Assembly (NCBI GenBank): GCA_947495425.1 | Contig: CANLYR010000022.1 | Coordinates: 360 to 64,359 of the forward strand | Length of the DNA stretch: 64,000 nucleotides | Origin: an uncultured Aquimarina sp. | Lineage (GTDB): Bacteria > Bacteroidota > Bacteroidia > Flavobacteriales > Flavobacteriaceae | Direction: 5' to 3' | Part shown: positions 9,546 to 19,458 of the stretch, piece by piece | How the letters are laid out: each line of letters begins with the position of its first letter | Position numbering within the stretch: position 1 is the stretch's first letter | Position numbers and translations under genes: made by a program | The notes under the pieces: model-generated | What the model was told of the DNA's origin: nothing | The model's database searches: none | Seen by the model: the letters and a program-made list of their open reading frames with translations, nothing else

Positions 9546-9880
9546 AAAACACACATACACCCAATTATACGTATTTACAAACACTTAAAATTGCTTTTAC
9601 AACAATACGCAAAAAATAGCCTTGGTCTACTGTGGGAATCCGTAAGGAGGTTGCGTTATTTATTCGTATATAACCAAACGATACGCTGCAAACTATAAAC
9701 AGACTACTTCGTCGTCTGTACCCTGAGCCATTTGACACAGATTTCCTTACTCCATAGTCCGTTTTAGACGAATCACACATTTTTTTCGCAAAAAAACCCC
9801 AGTTCCGGAAGATGAAACTACTATTTCCTAATCTTGCTTTTAATTTTAAACAATAACCTTTTTTTAAAAACAAATCGATT

Positions 9881-10582
9881 ATGTCTAAAGACAATTTTGA
9901 GCAAATGCTCCCGCTATTTGATGCCATGCCAGACCACAAGGTAAAAACACCTAACATACCCGTAGATACGATCCTGCAAGAGGTAGAAGATCTATTTGTA
10001 TGGGCGACCCAGGATAAAACTACCCTGGTCGATAACTCAGGATTAGATTGGGAACACTACGCGAAGGAGTTGCCTGCACGTGCCGGAGCATTGCGGCACG
10101 CGCAATCCATTTGGGTTAGCGAACGCTATGGGCAAGAAGAAGCCAATAAAACCTGGAAAGAAGTATCACCAGCAGCATACGGGCTTAGAGACGACCTGCT
10201 TGATGATTTTAGGTATGCTTATCGCAAACGTACCGATCTGCTAAGCCGAGTGCGCGAGATCAGTAATGGTAGTGGCAATGCCGATATGATACAAGACCTA
10301 AGTGATCTAAGTGTATTGGGTAAAAGTAATCTCGAACCCTTGCTGGTTTCAAAATTCGACCCTGCCAAACTAGAGGAAGCGGCTACCTTATCTAATGATA
10401 TGGCAGAACTGCTGGCCAGAGCCAACGGTGCGACCTTAGAAAACTCTTCGGCCAAACTGGTACGTGATAAAGCTTTTATGCATGTAAAAGAAGCATTAGA
10501 CGAGGTGCGCGATGCCGGTAAATATGTGTTCAAAAATCAACCCGAACGCTATCAAGGCTACATAAGCAGGTATAGAAAGTAA
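9881..10582 (+). CDS. hypothetical all-alpha protein (233 aa) immediately followed by a periodic repeat array
   Basis: Long ORF, visibly more GC-rich than its neighbours; amphipathic helical pattern; no signal peptide or catalytic motif recognised. Confidence 0.85.
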   Translation: MSKDNFEQMLPLFDAMPDHKVKTPNIPVDTILQEVEDLFVWATQDKTTLVDNSGLDWEHYAKELPARAGALRHAQSIWVSERYGQEEANKTWKEVSPAAYGLRDDLLDDFRYAYRKRTDLLSRVREISNGSGNADMIQDLSDLSVLGKSNLEPLLVSKFDPAKLEEAATLSNDMAELLARANGATLENSSAKLVRDKAFMHVKEALDEVRDAGKYVFKNQPERYQGYISRYRK

Positions 10583-10601
10583 CCAACCCGCACTATTAAT
10601 G

Positions 10602-10870
10602 ATCCCCGCAGTGGTTTGCCTCTTCCCCGCGCATAGTTGAACGCTCCCCGTGGGTGTTTTAGGCTTCCTCGCGGTAGGTTGATGCTTCCCCGTAGTGCTT
10701 TTCTATTTCCCCGCGCCATAATGATGCGTCCCTGTCGCGGGGAAACTTATTTTGGGTGCGGGGATTCACTATTTGTATGCGAGGAAGGTTAGCGCAACTA
10801 CGGGGAGAGGTGTATATCCCACCGGGGAAGCTGAATAACAACCGGGGAAGACCTACAACCGCTCTGGGAA
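10602..10870 (+). repeat. 21-bp-phased array: 7 x (TT)CCCCG followed by 7 x inverted CGGGG(AA), folding into one long hairpin
   Basis: CCCCG-type motifs at 10604, 10625, 10646, 10667, 10688, 10709, 10730; inverted motifs at 10738, 10759, 10780, 10801, 10823, 10843, 10864; spacers all different. Confidence 0.9.
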
Positions 10871-10905
10871 GCTAAGTATATGCCAGGTGAGGCTCAAATG
10901 AATAC

Positions 10906-11445
10906 TTAGGTGCATGTAACCCAAAGTAACAAACCTAAAATCAGTAGTAATACAACTATGCCACAGCCCGCTGCTTCGCGACTAATCTCTTCATTTTCTT
11001 TATCTTGTTTCGCTTTCCATCGTTTTGCGACTTTTCTATCTTGTTCATCATATTTTGCTTTAAGATCAGTATCAAAACCAGACACATACTCCTCGAACTT
11101 CTTGAATCCTTCATAAATTTTATATTTGTCATCGCTCGCAGCGCTTAACTGGATGTTCAAAAAAGAATCCAATACCGGATATCCACTTTTTTTACGAAGC
11201 TTGGTAAACATGTTATCGCGCGTATCGTCTAGCACAACAACAGTCTGAAAAATGGTATCAATTTTTAAAAAACTAAGAACTAGTTGTACTTTTTCTAGAG
11301 CACTGCTATCCAAATTGGTAGCAGTATCGTAATTGTATGACAATACATGCGAAACTGCTTCGTCTAGTACATTCTTGGTTTCATAAGGTTCTTGAAACGT
11401 ATATTTCTCCACCTTGTATTCATGTACTTTTTCAAGAGGTTCCAT
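10906..11445 (-). CDS. hypothetical protein with C-terminal membrane anchor
   Basis: 179-aa ORF ending in GCGIVVLLLILGLLLWV. Confidence 0.75.
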   Translation of the reverse strand: MEPLEKVHEYKVEKYTFQEPYETKNVLDEAVSHVLSYNYDTATNLDSSALEKVQLVLSFLKIDTIFQTVVVLDDTRDNMFTKLRKKSGYPVLDSFLNIQLSAASDDKYKIYEGFKKFEEYVSGFDTDLKAKYDEQDRKVAKRWKAKQDKENEEISREAAGCGIVVLLLILGLLLWVTCT

Positions 11446-11527
11446 AGATCACGATTTTTAATTGTGGACAACTTACAAAATAAATGACTAAGCTTTGAGA
11501 AGTTACCTTACTCAAAAATACGAAACT

Positions 11528-11559
11528 AAAAAAACCGCCTAAACATAGTTTAGACGGTC
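11528..11559 (-). terminator. intrinsic terminator downstream of the T9SS cargo gene
   Basis: Minus strand ACCGTCTAAAC-TAT-GTTTAGGCGGT-TTTTTTT. Confidence 0.7.
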
Positions 11560-11793
11560 TCACTTCTGTGTAATAATCCAAGCTATTCTTTACATGAATT
11601 CTTCATATAAAGAGGGTTAAAAAACAGCTTGTGGGTTTATTTATTTTAAAATCGTGATTTAGACTTTTTCCTATCCACTCTAGATGTTTGCGGATCTTTA
11701 TCAAAGCATGCTTTTCACTCAATTTTATCATTTTCTTACTCGGTAGCACCGCTAGGAAATGTAAAAGCACTGTAAATGATCAAAAAGCTTACA

Positions 11794-14388
11794 TCACTTT
11801 AAGATTAACCTTTTACTAGTGGTATATGTTTCGGTTTCAATTTTTAAGAAATACACTCCTTTACCATAAAGGTCTACAGGAAAGTTGATATCATTTTTAG
11901 AATCAAATTGCTTTTGCATAACCAATCTACCGCTAATGCTGTATAAACGTATAGTAACAGATTCATCTGTGTTTATACTATTTTCAAATACTATATGCAC
12001 TCGTTTATCTTTTGGTGGATTAGCAGCAAGAATGGCTTGCTCCTCTTTTGATATATCTAAATCAAGAGATTTAAATACTCTGGCATTTGTTTGGTTATTT
12101 TTGTAAAGACTACCAACTAAATCTCCTGTAGCTCCAAAAACAGCATACCCGATTTTTTCGCTTGTATGGTAGGTTTCGGTTTCTAAGGATTGTTCTTCTT
12201 GTCCATATACCTTGATCGCATTAGGTGTAAAACTACTGGGTTGGTTACTAACGCCTTTTTTGAAACGTGATTCCATCGGATCACCGCCATTTTTAGTTTG
12301 TATATTGGCAAAAAATACGCTGTTTGTATTTGGGTAATTAAGCTCAAAATTTATAGCAAACCATTTTTTGTCGATATATGTATTTCTAGTTCTATCTACT
12401 TCAAATAACGAAGTTCCAGAATTATCAGACACTCCTTTTTCTATCGCGATCCAATGTAATTTTTCTGTAACATGATTTCTATTCCCATCTTGGGTACCAC
12501 CGTTTTCTTCTTCTAGCAGTTGTGCTCTAAAACTTAGAGACGATACATCTTTGATATGTGTGCTTACTGCCTGAGCTTCATTTTCTGATACAATTTGATT
12601 GAAAACAACCGGTTTGCTTAAAAATTCTGTATCAAAATTGATTGAAGAGAATGTTGTATTCACATTTGATGCACCAGCTTCCACTACACTTCCATTAGCA
12701 AGTGTATACGTTCCTGCTTCTACCACCATATAATGAACTTCTTCTGTAGCATGGTTTTGATCCAGGTATTCCCATTCGTCTACTCGCCACTCAAAAGAAG
12801 TTGTAGTAATATTTCTTAATCTTACGGTTGCAGCATCTTCTTCATAAAATGAAAGTGGTCCCGTAATTACTATAGGATTGGTATAGGTGTTTTTAAAATA
12901 TACTTTCTTCCACTTTTGATTTGCAGTAGAGCGACCTAGTTCTCCTATAATTTTATTATCCAATATGGGTCCTGGTACTCCTGTAAATATAAAGGCTCCA
13001 ATATCGGGATTAGCCGTGTTAAAAGGAGCAAATCCTGTGTTTATACCTGCATCAATTGCTGGGCTATCAGATCGTAATTGTAGCTCATGAATCGGAAAAT
13101 TATTGTTTTTTGTCGGCTCTCTCACCAAAGCCGATCCTTGTGTAGTATCCCAAGAGGCAGAAGCAAAAAGATTGGTTTGATCCTGGGTTAATGGCGTAGC
13201 ATCTACAAACCTAGGATTCATGATAAAATCTTTTTCTGGAACTCCTGCCGGATTCCCTGTGGTGTTCCAGTGGATGTTGTTCTCAAAGACTATCGTGCTT
13301 TCATCGTTAGAAAATCGGCTGATGGTAGAAATAAGATCATCTCCACGAATCAGCAAGTTATTCGCAATATAGGCGTTTGCAGATCCCCCAACTTGTATAG
13401 GTTGATGTGCTCCACCTAAAGGGATCTCCTGATTAGGAACTCTTTTTGAATGCCCATTATCATATAATGTATTATGTATTACATCTACATTTTCAGTCTG
13501 AAAAACATTAACTCCGGCACCACCATTTCCGTAAGACACATTTCCGATAATTAAAGATTTACCACTGTAAGGTTTTGGGTCTGTACCTTGCATATGTTTA
13601 AAATCGTCTACAATAATCCCGTTTCCATCTGTAATTTTATAGCTAAACTCTGATGATCCTCTGAGTTGCACATTGTATCTACTAATATTATTTTTAATAA
13701 TGATGCGATGATTAGGGTACTCAGGGAAATTCTTTGCATTCTGATCGGTCATTTGCCAAAATCCTATACCGCTTGACCCAGCGGTAGAACTCCATGCATT
13801 GTGTTCTACGATATTGTTTTCAACAAGTACCACATCGGCCTCTGTACCGCCTATACCTGCTCCAGGAAAATCATGCACGTAGCAGTTACGCACAATAATA
13901 TTATGGGAATTTCCTATAACACCTATACCACCGCGGGATTGCCATGCCCATTCGCCAATTTCTTGTTTGAGGCCTTTATAGTCAATATCTAATGCGATGA
14001 CTTCCAGATTTTCAACAATGACATACTTCTTTGTTTGTAATGTAATTCCTGTTAAAGAAGAAGAATAAATTTTTGGTCTGTTCCCATTTGCATCAAGGAC
14101 ACCACTAATGGTAATATAAGCACCCTCTCTTCCAGAATTAGGAACATAGAGTTCGTTATACGCATTGGATCCTCCCAGATCCCGGTACTCGCCAGGCAGA
14201 ATTTTTAGAGTATCCCCTGCTCTTGTTTTGCCTGCACCCTTCACTACAGAACGTAAAGGTGTATTTGCCGAGAGACCATTATTCTGATCGCTACCATTGG
14301 CTTCGTCTACATAATATGTAGTCTGTGCAGACAAAAAAAATAAATTTGAACAGACGAGGATTAAAAAATAAAATGATTTTGTGTTCAT
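11794..14388 (-). CDS. T9SS-secreted protein: right-handed parallel beta-helix (pectin-lyase-like), repeated beta-rich modules and type A CTD
   Basis: Signal peptide; TYYVD..NGSD.NNG...TP.RS start, repeated I.V.N/IIVDD beta-helix rungs, SPAIDAG...DIGA; C-terminal YSISGRLV...GVYFLKI...SKRLILK T9SS CTD. Confidence 0.85.
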   Translation of the reverse strand: MNTKSFYFLILVCSNLFFLSAQTTYYVDEANGSDQNNGLSANTPLRSVVKGAGKTRAGDTLKILPGEYRDLGGSNAYNELYVPNSGREGAYITISGVLDANGNRPKIYSSSLTGITLQTKKYVIVENLEVIALDIDYKGLKQEIGEWAWQSRGGIGVIGNSHNIIVRNCYVHDFPGAGIGGTEADVVLVENNIVEHNAWSSTAGSSGIGFWQMTDQNAKNFPEYPNHRIIIKNNISRYNVQLRGSSEFSYKITDGNGIIVDDFKHMQGTDPKPYSGKSLIIGNVSYGNGGAGVNVFQTENVDVIHNTLYDNGHSKRVPNQEIPLGGAHQPIQVGGSANAYIANNLLIRGDDLISTISRFSNDESTIVFENNIHWNTTGNPAGVPEKDFIMNPRFVDATPLTQDQTNLFASASWDTTQGSALVREPTKNNNFPIHELQLRSDSPAIDAGINTGFAPFNTANPDIGAFIFTGVPGPILDNKIIGELGRSTANQKWKKVYFKNTYTNPIVITGPLSFYEEDAATVRLRNITTTSFEWRVDEWEYLDQNHATEEVHYMVVEAGTYTLANGSVVEAGASNVNTTFSSINFDTEFLSKPVVFNQIVSENEAQAVSTHIKDVSSLSFRAQLLEEENGGTQDGNRNHVTEKLHWIAIEKGVSDNSGTSLFEVDRTRNTYIDKKWFAINFELNYPNTNSVFFANIQTKNGGDPMESRFKKGVSNQPSSFTPNAIKVYGQEEQSLETETYHTSEKIGYAVFGATGDLVGSLYKNNQTNARVFKSLDLDISKEEQAILAANPPKDKRVHIVFENSINTDESVTIRLYSISGRLVMQKQFDSKNDINFPVDLYGKGVYFLKIETETYTTSKRLILK

Positions 14389-14437
14389 AATCAATTTTCT
14401 AGTTAAAAATAAATAGTGTTATTTAATATTTATAATG

Positions 14438-14445
14438 CAAAACTA
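14438..14445 (-). promoter_or_regulatory. Bacteroidota -7 promoter element (TAGTTTTG)
   Basis: Matches TAnnTTTG ~50 bp upstream of the start; an AATCTGTAG direct repeat lies just upstream (14453-14472). Confidence 0.5.
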
Positions 14446-14579
14446 GAACGAAAATCTGTAGAGAATCTGTAGCCTTTTTCCAGAAACATCATAAGTCTGG
14501 ATTTCCTATAAAAAGTTGCCTTGTACCCTAAATTCGATATAAAGTTTTCGATACTCAGTCTTATATAGTCTAAAGGAGT

Positions 14580-15200
14580 TCCTTCTCCTTGGGGAGAGGG
14601 TTAGCCTGCCTGTCGACTCTCCCAGAGCACTACCGTATGTACACAAATAAGTTAAGTTTTTTACATTCCTTCCCCGCCACGGCGGGGAAGGAACTTTGAC
14701 TAGTTTTTATTCTCATTATTTGCAATACAGTTGTGTAAGAGGATAATAAAAAAAATCGAGTTTGTTTTTAAAAACTACTGCTCTTGTTAGGTGAGAGTTA
14801 ATACTCCCTCCCCTGTGGGAGAGCTACCATGCGTACTCAAATAAGTTAAGCTTTTTTATGTTCCTTCCCCTGGCAGGGGAAGGTGTCCCGCCCATAGCGG
14901 GACGGTAGGGGTTGATATTTCAAAATACAAAGAGGTAGATGCTATAATACTACCGTTTAATTCTATAGTTTTAAAAGGCCAAAAGTGATAATAATGCGTG
15001 TATGCATCCCTTCCGAATTGACGATGTCAATCCACCTTCCCCTACCAGGGGAAGGAACTTTGACTAGTTTTATTCTCATTATTTGCAATACAGTTGTGTA
15101 AGAGGATAATAAAAAATTCGGGTTTGTTTTTAAAAACTAATGCTCTTGTTAGGTGAGAGTTAATGCTCCCTTTCCTGTGGGAAAGGATTGGAGTGAGGTC
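14580..15200. repeat. REP/BIME-like mosaic of GC-rich hairpins with duplicated AT-rich linkers
   Basis: Hairpins CCTTCCCC-N-GGGGAAGG at ~14668, 14863, 15034; ~136-bp direct repeat 14684-14820/15048-15182; ~46-bp repeat 14630-14675/14824-14870. Confidence 0.85.
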
Positions 15201-15227
15201 GTTTACTATAATTTATAATCAGAGTAT

Positions 15228-15257
15228 AAAAAAAGAGGCTGGATTGCTCCAGCCTCT
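15228..15257 (-). terminator. intrinsic terminator of the S8 peptidase gene
   Basis: Minus strand AGAGGCTGGA-GCAA-TCCAGCCTCT-TTTTTT. Confidence 0.85.
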
Positions 15258-15291
15258 ACTATAATAAGGAAATAAGATAAGATTATATATT

Positions 15292-16515
15292 TTAGTTTAA
15301 GGTAGCTATAGGAGCTGTATATCCTCCTTTTCTTACAGATCCATCTGTTCCTGTACGGTTACCTCTTATCAATAATATTCCTGCCACGTGTGGTGATGCC
15401 ATAGACGTACCAGAAATTTTATTAAACTGGCCATTTAACCAAGTAGACCATACTTGAGTACCTGGAGCCCAACGATCTACACTTCTCCCAAAGCTTGAGC
15501 TATTTGCAGGAGCATCTACATTAGTCATATTACCAACACACCAAGTTCTGCTAGTTCGTAATCGTTGTGGTGAATAAAATTGTGTATCATCATTACTGTT
15601 TCCTGCTGCCATGGCCCCATAAGCTCTAGCTTGTAAATTTCTAAATGCATTATCAATAGCCTGAGAAGTAGCTCGAGTACGAGATCCTATACTGTAGTTC
15701 CATGTATCGCCATTACTTGCATTATTAGCTACATAGTCTACTCCTGCAAGAATACCTGAATTGCTACCACTCCCTTGAGCGTTTAATACTCTAACAGAAA
15801 CTACAGTTGCACCGTAAGCAACACCAATAACTCCCGAGCCATTGTTTTTTGCGGCAACAGTTCCTGCCACATGAGTTCCATGTCCGTTTTGATCTTGCCA
15901 AGAACCACCAACAAAACTTCTACTTTTACTCGTATTAATATTGAGGTCACGATGCGGAGCTATACCACTATCTAGTATCCAACAAGTTCTACCATTACCA
16001 TCTGCTCTACCTACTCGGTTGATACCCCAAGGCAAAAATTCTCCATTGCTAAGTTGTGAATCATTCGTTGTCGCTTTGTTTAATACTGTTGCAGGAAGCG
16101 AACTTACAGGTTTCCCCATATTGATATCCAGACTTTGAATATAGTTCGGTTCTATATATGCAATTTCAGTATCATTTCTAAGCATATCTGCTTGTTCTTC
16201 AGTTAGATTTTTAACTGCAAACCCTTGAATCACGTTACTATACGTCTGCTTTATATTGCTCTTTGCAATAGCATGTTTTGCTAGCGTTTGCTGAGATTTT
16301 GCCTCCATCTTTGCAATGTTCCCAGACAGAGACTTACTCTCGTTATAAATTACGATGTACTCTCCTGGCACAGCCTGATCTGCACCTATATTACTTGAAG
16401 TTTCTACTTCTATTCCAGTTTCTATGTCCGTAACTTCATCTACATCTTTCTCACAACTATAAAAGAGAAAAGAAAGAACTGTTATTACGCTTAAAATCCT
16501 AAGTTGAGCATTCAT
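15292..16515 (-). CDS. S8 subtilisin-like serine peptidase lipoprotein with I9 propeptide
   Basis: FYSC lipobox; I9 (PGEYIV...GFAV...YIEPN); catalytic LDSG, HGTHVAG, GTSMASPHVAG. Confidence 0.95.
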   Translation of the reverse strand: MNAQLRILSVITVLSFLFYSCEKDVDEVTDIETGIEVETSSNIGADQAVPGEYIVIYNESKSLSGNIAKMEAKSQQTLAKHAIAKSNIKQTYSNVIQGFAVKNLTEEQADMLRNDTEIAYIEPNYIQSLDINMGKPVSSLPATVLNKATTNDSQLSNGEFLPWGINRVGRADGNGRTCWILDSGIAPHRDLNINTSKSRSFVGGSWQDQNGHGTHVAGTVAAKNNGSGVIGVAYGATVVSVRVLNAQGSGSNSGILAGVDYVANNASNGDTWNYSIGSRTRATSQAIDNAFRNLQARAYGAMAAGNSNDDTQFYSPQRLRTSRTWCVGNMTNVDAPANSSSFGRSVDRWAPGTQVWSTWLNGQFNKISGTSMASPHVAGILLIRGNRTGTDGSVRKGGYTAPIATLN

Positions 16516-16678
16516 TTTATTTGATTTATGTGTTAAACAATTGATTTAAGTTAAATTATTGAGATCTCATAACTTTAATTATTTAAAAGTATGGATTAAT
16601 CCCAATATCCAAATACGGTAAAAACACATAAAACAAAGGGTTACACTTAATTCACTTGTCGTTGAATTAGAAAAAACA

Positions 16679-16729
16679 CCCCTTGATATTCAGTAATGCA
16701 ACACTTTTGCATTATTGAATATCAAGGGG
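16679..16729. repeat. 23-bp near-perfect inverted repeat upstream of the S8 peptidase
   Basis: CCCCTTGATATTCAGTAATGCAA-N5-TTGCATTATTGAATATCAAGGGG. Confidence 0.8.
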
Positions 16730-16996
16730 TTAAATATGAATTGGAGGGGATAAAAAAGATGGGGAATATGATGAAAAAAAACTAAAAAAGATAACCTTTT
16801 TATAAATGTTAATTAACACTATTTAGTCGAAAAAATAATGTTAAAAAAGGTAAAACCTCAATTTTTCACCCTTATTATTATGATTTTATTGTACATAATA
16901 TACCCTTAAAATAAAAATAAACATTGTATACACTGAATATAAAAATTAGAGTTCAGTAGATAGGTATTTATATTTTAATTGAAGTATCCTGAAAAA

Positions 16997-17064
16997 TGTC
17001 TGATTGAGCGCAGTCGAAACCTGTTTTTATAGACTAATTGTTCTCGACTGCGCTCAAACAGACA
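16997..17064. repeat. REP-like palindromic element (GAGCGCAGTCGA...TCGACTGCGCTC)
   Basis: TGTCTGATTGAGCGCAGTCGA...TCGACTGCGCTCAAACAGACA inverted repeat. Confidence 0.75.
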
Positions 17065-17421
17065 GCAGTACTTGTTATGAAATAATCATTATGAAATAGT
17101 TAAAATCTATATTAGCACGTATTAAACGACTGACCTTTTTAAAAAATTCTCAAAATTGACCATTCCCCATGCAATGAATCACAAGGTTTAGTATGATGAA
17201 CATGAGTCCGATATTAAACATACAAATATCATGCTTTTAATAGCGTGTATAAGTTCCTTCTCCTTGGATCAGTTAAAGCTTGGAGTTATATGAGGGTATT
17301 TTCAGATCAAAACCCTCACCTTTGTCCCTGCCTGACGGCAAAGCAAGCTTTACCAGAAGGAGAAATAACCTATGGGTAACACAACCAAACAAATATCAGT
17401 TGGTTTTATATCGACATCTGG

Positions 17422-19329
17422 CTATAATGCTTTATCCATAATCTCTTTTACTATTTCAGGATTAAGTAATGTACTAGTATCCCCAAGATTGCTGGTATCT
17501 TTTGATGCGATCTTACGCAAAATACGTCGCATAATTTTACCACTTCGGGTTTTTGGAAGCCCTGGCACAAACTGTATCTTATCTAATTTAGCTATTGGTC
17601 CTATACGATCTGTAATTTGTTGATTTACTTCTTTACTTAGATTACCCCTATCCCGTTGTTCTCCGGTTTCTTTTAAAATGATATACCCATATAATGCATT
17701 TCCTTTAACATCATGAGGAAATCCAACGATGGCAGACTCTGCTACAGCCGGGTGCTCATTGATGGCATCTTCGATAGGCGCGGTACCCAAATTATGACCA
17801 GATACAATAATTACATCGTCTACTCTACCTGTGATTCTGTAATATCCAACCTCATCACGTAAGGCACCATCCCCGGTAAAATATTTATTCTCAAATGCCG
17901 AGAAGTACGTCTCTTTAAAGCGTTTATGATTTCCCCAAATCGTTCTTGCCATTGAAGGCCATGGAAATTTGATACACAATCGCCCATCCACTTGATTCCC
18001 TTTTATCTCCTGACCATTTTCATCCATTAATGCAGGTTGTATCCCCGGCATAGGTAAGGTGGCATAGGTGGGCTTAGTAGGGGTTGAGTATGGTATGGGC
18101 GAAATCATAATCCCGCCTGTTTCGGTTTGCCACCATGTATCTACAATGGGAGAATTTTTATGCCCTACGTGATCATTATACCAGTGCCAGGCTTCCTCAT
18201 TTATAGGCTCTCCCACGGTACCCAATACCTTCAGACTAGAGAGATCACGATCAGTAACGTATTCGAGCTTTTCTTTTGCCAATGCTCTAATAGCCGTAGG
18301 TGCTGTGTAGAATTGCGTAATTTTATGCTTCTGCACAATATCCCAAAAACGACCATAGTCTGGGTATGAGGGAACGCCCTCGAACATTACAGTGGTGGCG
18401 CCGTTGGCTAATGGTCCATATACAATGTATGAATGCCCTGTGATCCAACCAATATCGGCAGTACACCAATAAATATCGTTCTCCTGGTATTGAAATACAT
18501 TTTTAAACGTATATGCTGTATATACCATATACCCGGCGGTGGTGTGTAACATTCCTTTTGGCATTCCTGTAGATCCAGATGTATATAAAATAAATAATGG
18601 ATCTTCTGCATCCATAATTTCTGGTACACAGTCTCTGTAGGCTTCATCGAGTAGCGGTTGTAGCCAATGATCCCGACCGGATTTCATATTAATATCAGTG
18701 CCAGTACGCTTAGCCACCAAAACTGAAGTAATACCGGGAGAACTTTCTAGAGCCTCATCGACGATACCTTTTAAATCAATTTTTTTTGTTCCACGACACG
18801 ACCCGTCTGAGGTGATCACCATTTTTGCTTCACAATCGTTAATTCTTGTCGATAGTGCTGTTGCAGAAAATCCTGCAAAAACTACCGAATGTACGGCTCC
18901 TATTCTTGCACATGCCAATACAGAAATAGCAAGTTCGGGGATCATGGGTAAATATATACATACACGATCGCCTTTTTGTATGCCTTGTTCTTTGAGTACA
19001 TTGGCAAACTTACACACACGCTCATGCAATTGCTTGTAGGTAATGTGCTGGGCATCTTCGTTTGGATCGTTAGGCTCAAAAAGAATAGCGGTCTTATGCC
19101 CTCTGTTTTGCAGGTGCCTGTCTATACAGTTTTCTGTGATATTAAGTTGCGCTCCTTCAAACCATTTTATTTCAGGTTTCGTAAAGTCCCAGCTTAATAC
19201 ATTATCCCATTTTTTTCTCCACATAAAGTGTTCTTCTGCTATTTCTGCCCAAAATGTTTCCGGATCTCTTACTGATTTTCGGTATACCTGATAATATTCC
19301 TCTAGATGTTTTATGTGATAATTACTCAT
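17422..19329 (-). CDS. acs: acetate--CoA ligase
   Basis: YTSGSTG.PKG, DTWWQTETGG, YFTGDGA, PKTRSGKIMRR motifs. Confidence 0.98.
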   Translation of the reverse strand: MSNYHIKHLEEYYQVYRKSVRDPETFWAEIAEEHFMWRKKWDNVLSWDFTKPEIKWFEGAQLNITENCIDRHLQNRGHKTAILFEPNDPNEDAQHITYKQLHERVCKFANVLKEQGIQKGDRVCIYLPMIPELAISVLACARIGAVHSVVFAGFSATALSTRINDCEAKMVITSDGSCRGTKKIDLKGIVDEALESSPGITSVLVAKRTGTDINMKSGRDHWLQPLLDEAYRDCVPEIMDAEDPLFILYTSGSTGMPKGMLHTTAGYMVYTAYTFKNVFQYQENDIYWCTADIGWITGHSYIVYGPLANGATTVMFEGVPSYPDYGRFWDIVQKHKITQFYTAPTAIRALAKEKLEYVTDRDLSSLKVLGTVGEPINEEAWHWYNDHVGHKNSPIVDTWWQTETGGIMISPIPYSTPTKPTYATLPMPGIQPALMDENGQEIKGNQVDGRLCIKFPWPSMARTIWGNHKRFKETYFSAFENKYFTGDGALRDEVGYYRITGRVDDVIIVSGHNLGTAPIEDAINEHPAVAESAIVGFPHDVKGNALYGYIILKETGEQRDRGNLSKEVNQQITDRIGPIAKLDKIQFVPGLPKTRSGKIMRRILRKIASKDTSNLGDTSTLLNPEIVKEIMDKAL

Positions 19330-19458
19330 TGTTGGTGTATTTATTTTGTTTTTATTCTACGTGTTTTATTTTTTTATTTGAGATTTGAATGCTCTGAGGC
19401 TTACCATGAAAATTCAACCCCCTTTTTTCATAATATCCCTGGGTGTTTCCAACGATTG

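Noticed and set aside
9426..9957. ORFs 9426-9698(+) and 9565-9957(-)
   Set aside because: They overlap real genes in antisense, have atypical composition and span the putative cassette boundary and promoter region.
10659..10841. 60-aa minus-strand ORF with heptad PR repeats
   Set aside because: Its periodicity follows directly from the 21-nt motif, and the pattern switches at the inversion centre; most likely a shadow ORF.
10602..10870. CRISPR array interpretation of the 21-bp array
   Set aside because: The constant part is only 5-8 bp, the period (21) is far below CRISPR units, orientation flips midway, and no cas genes are present.
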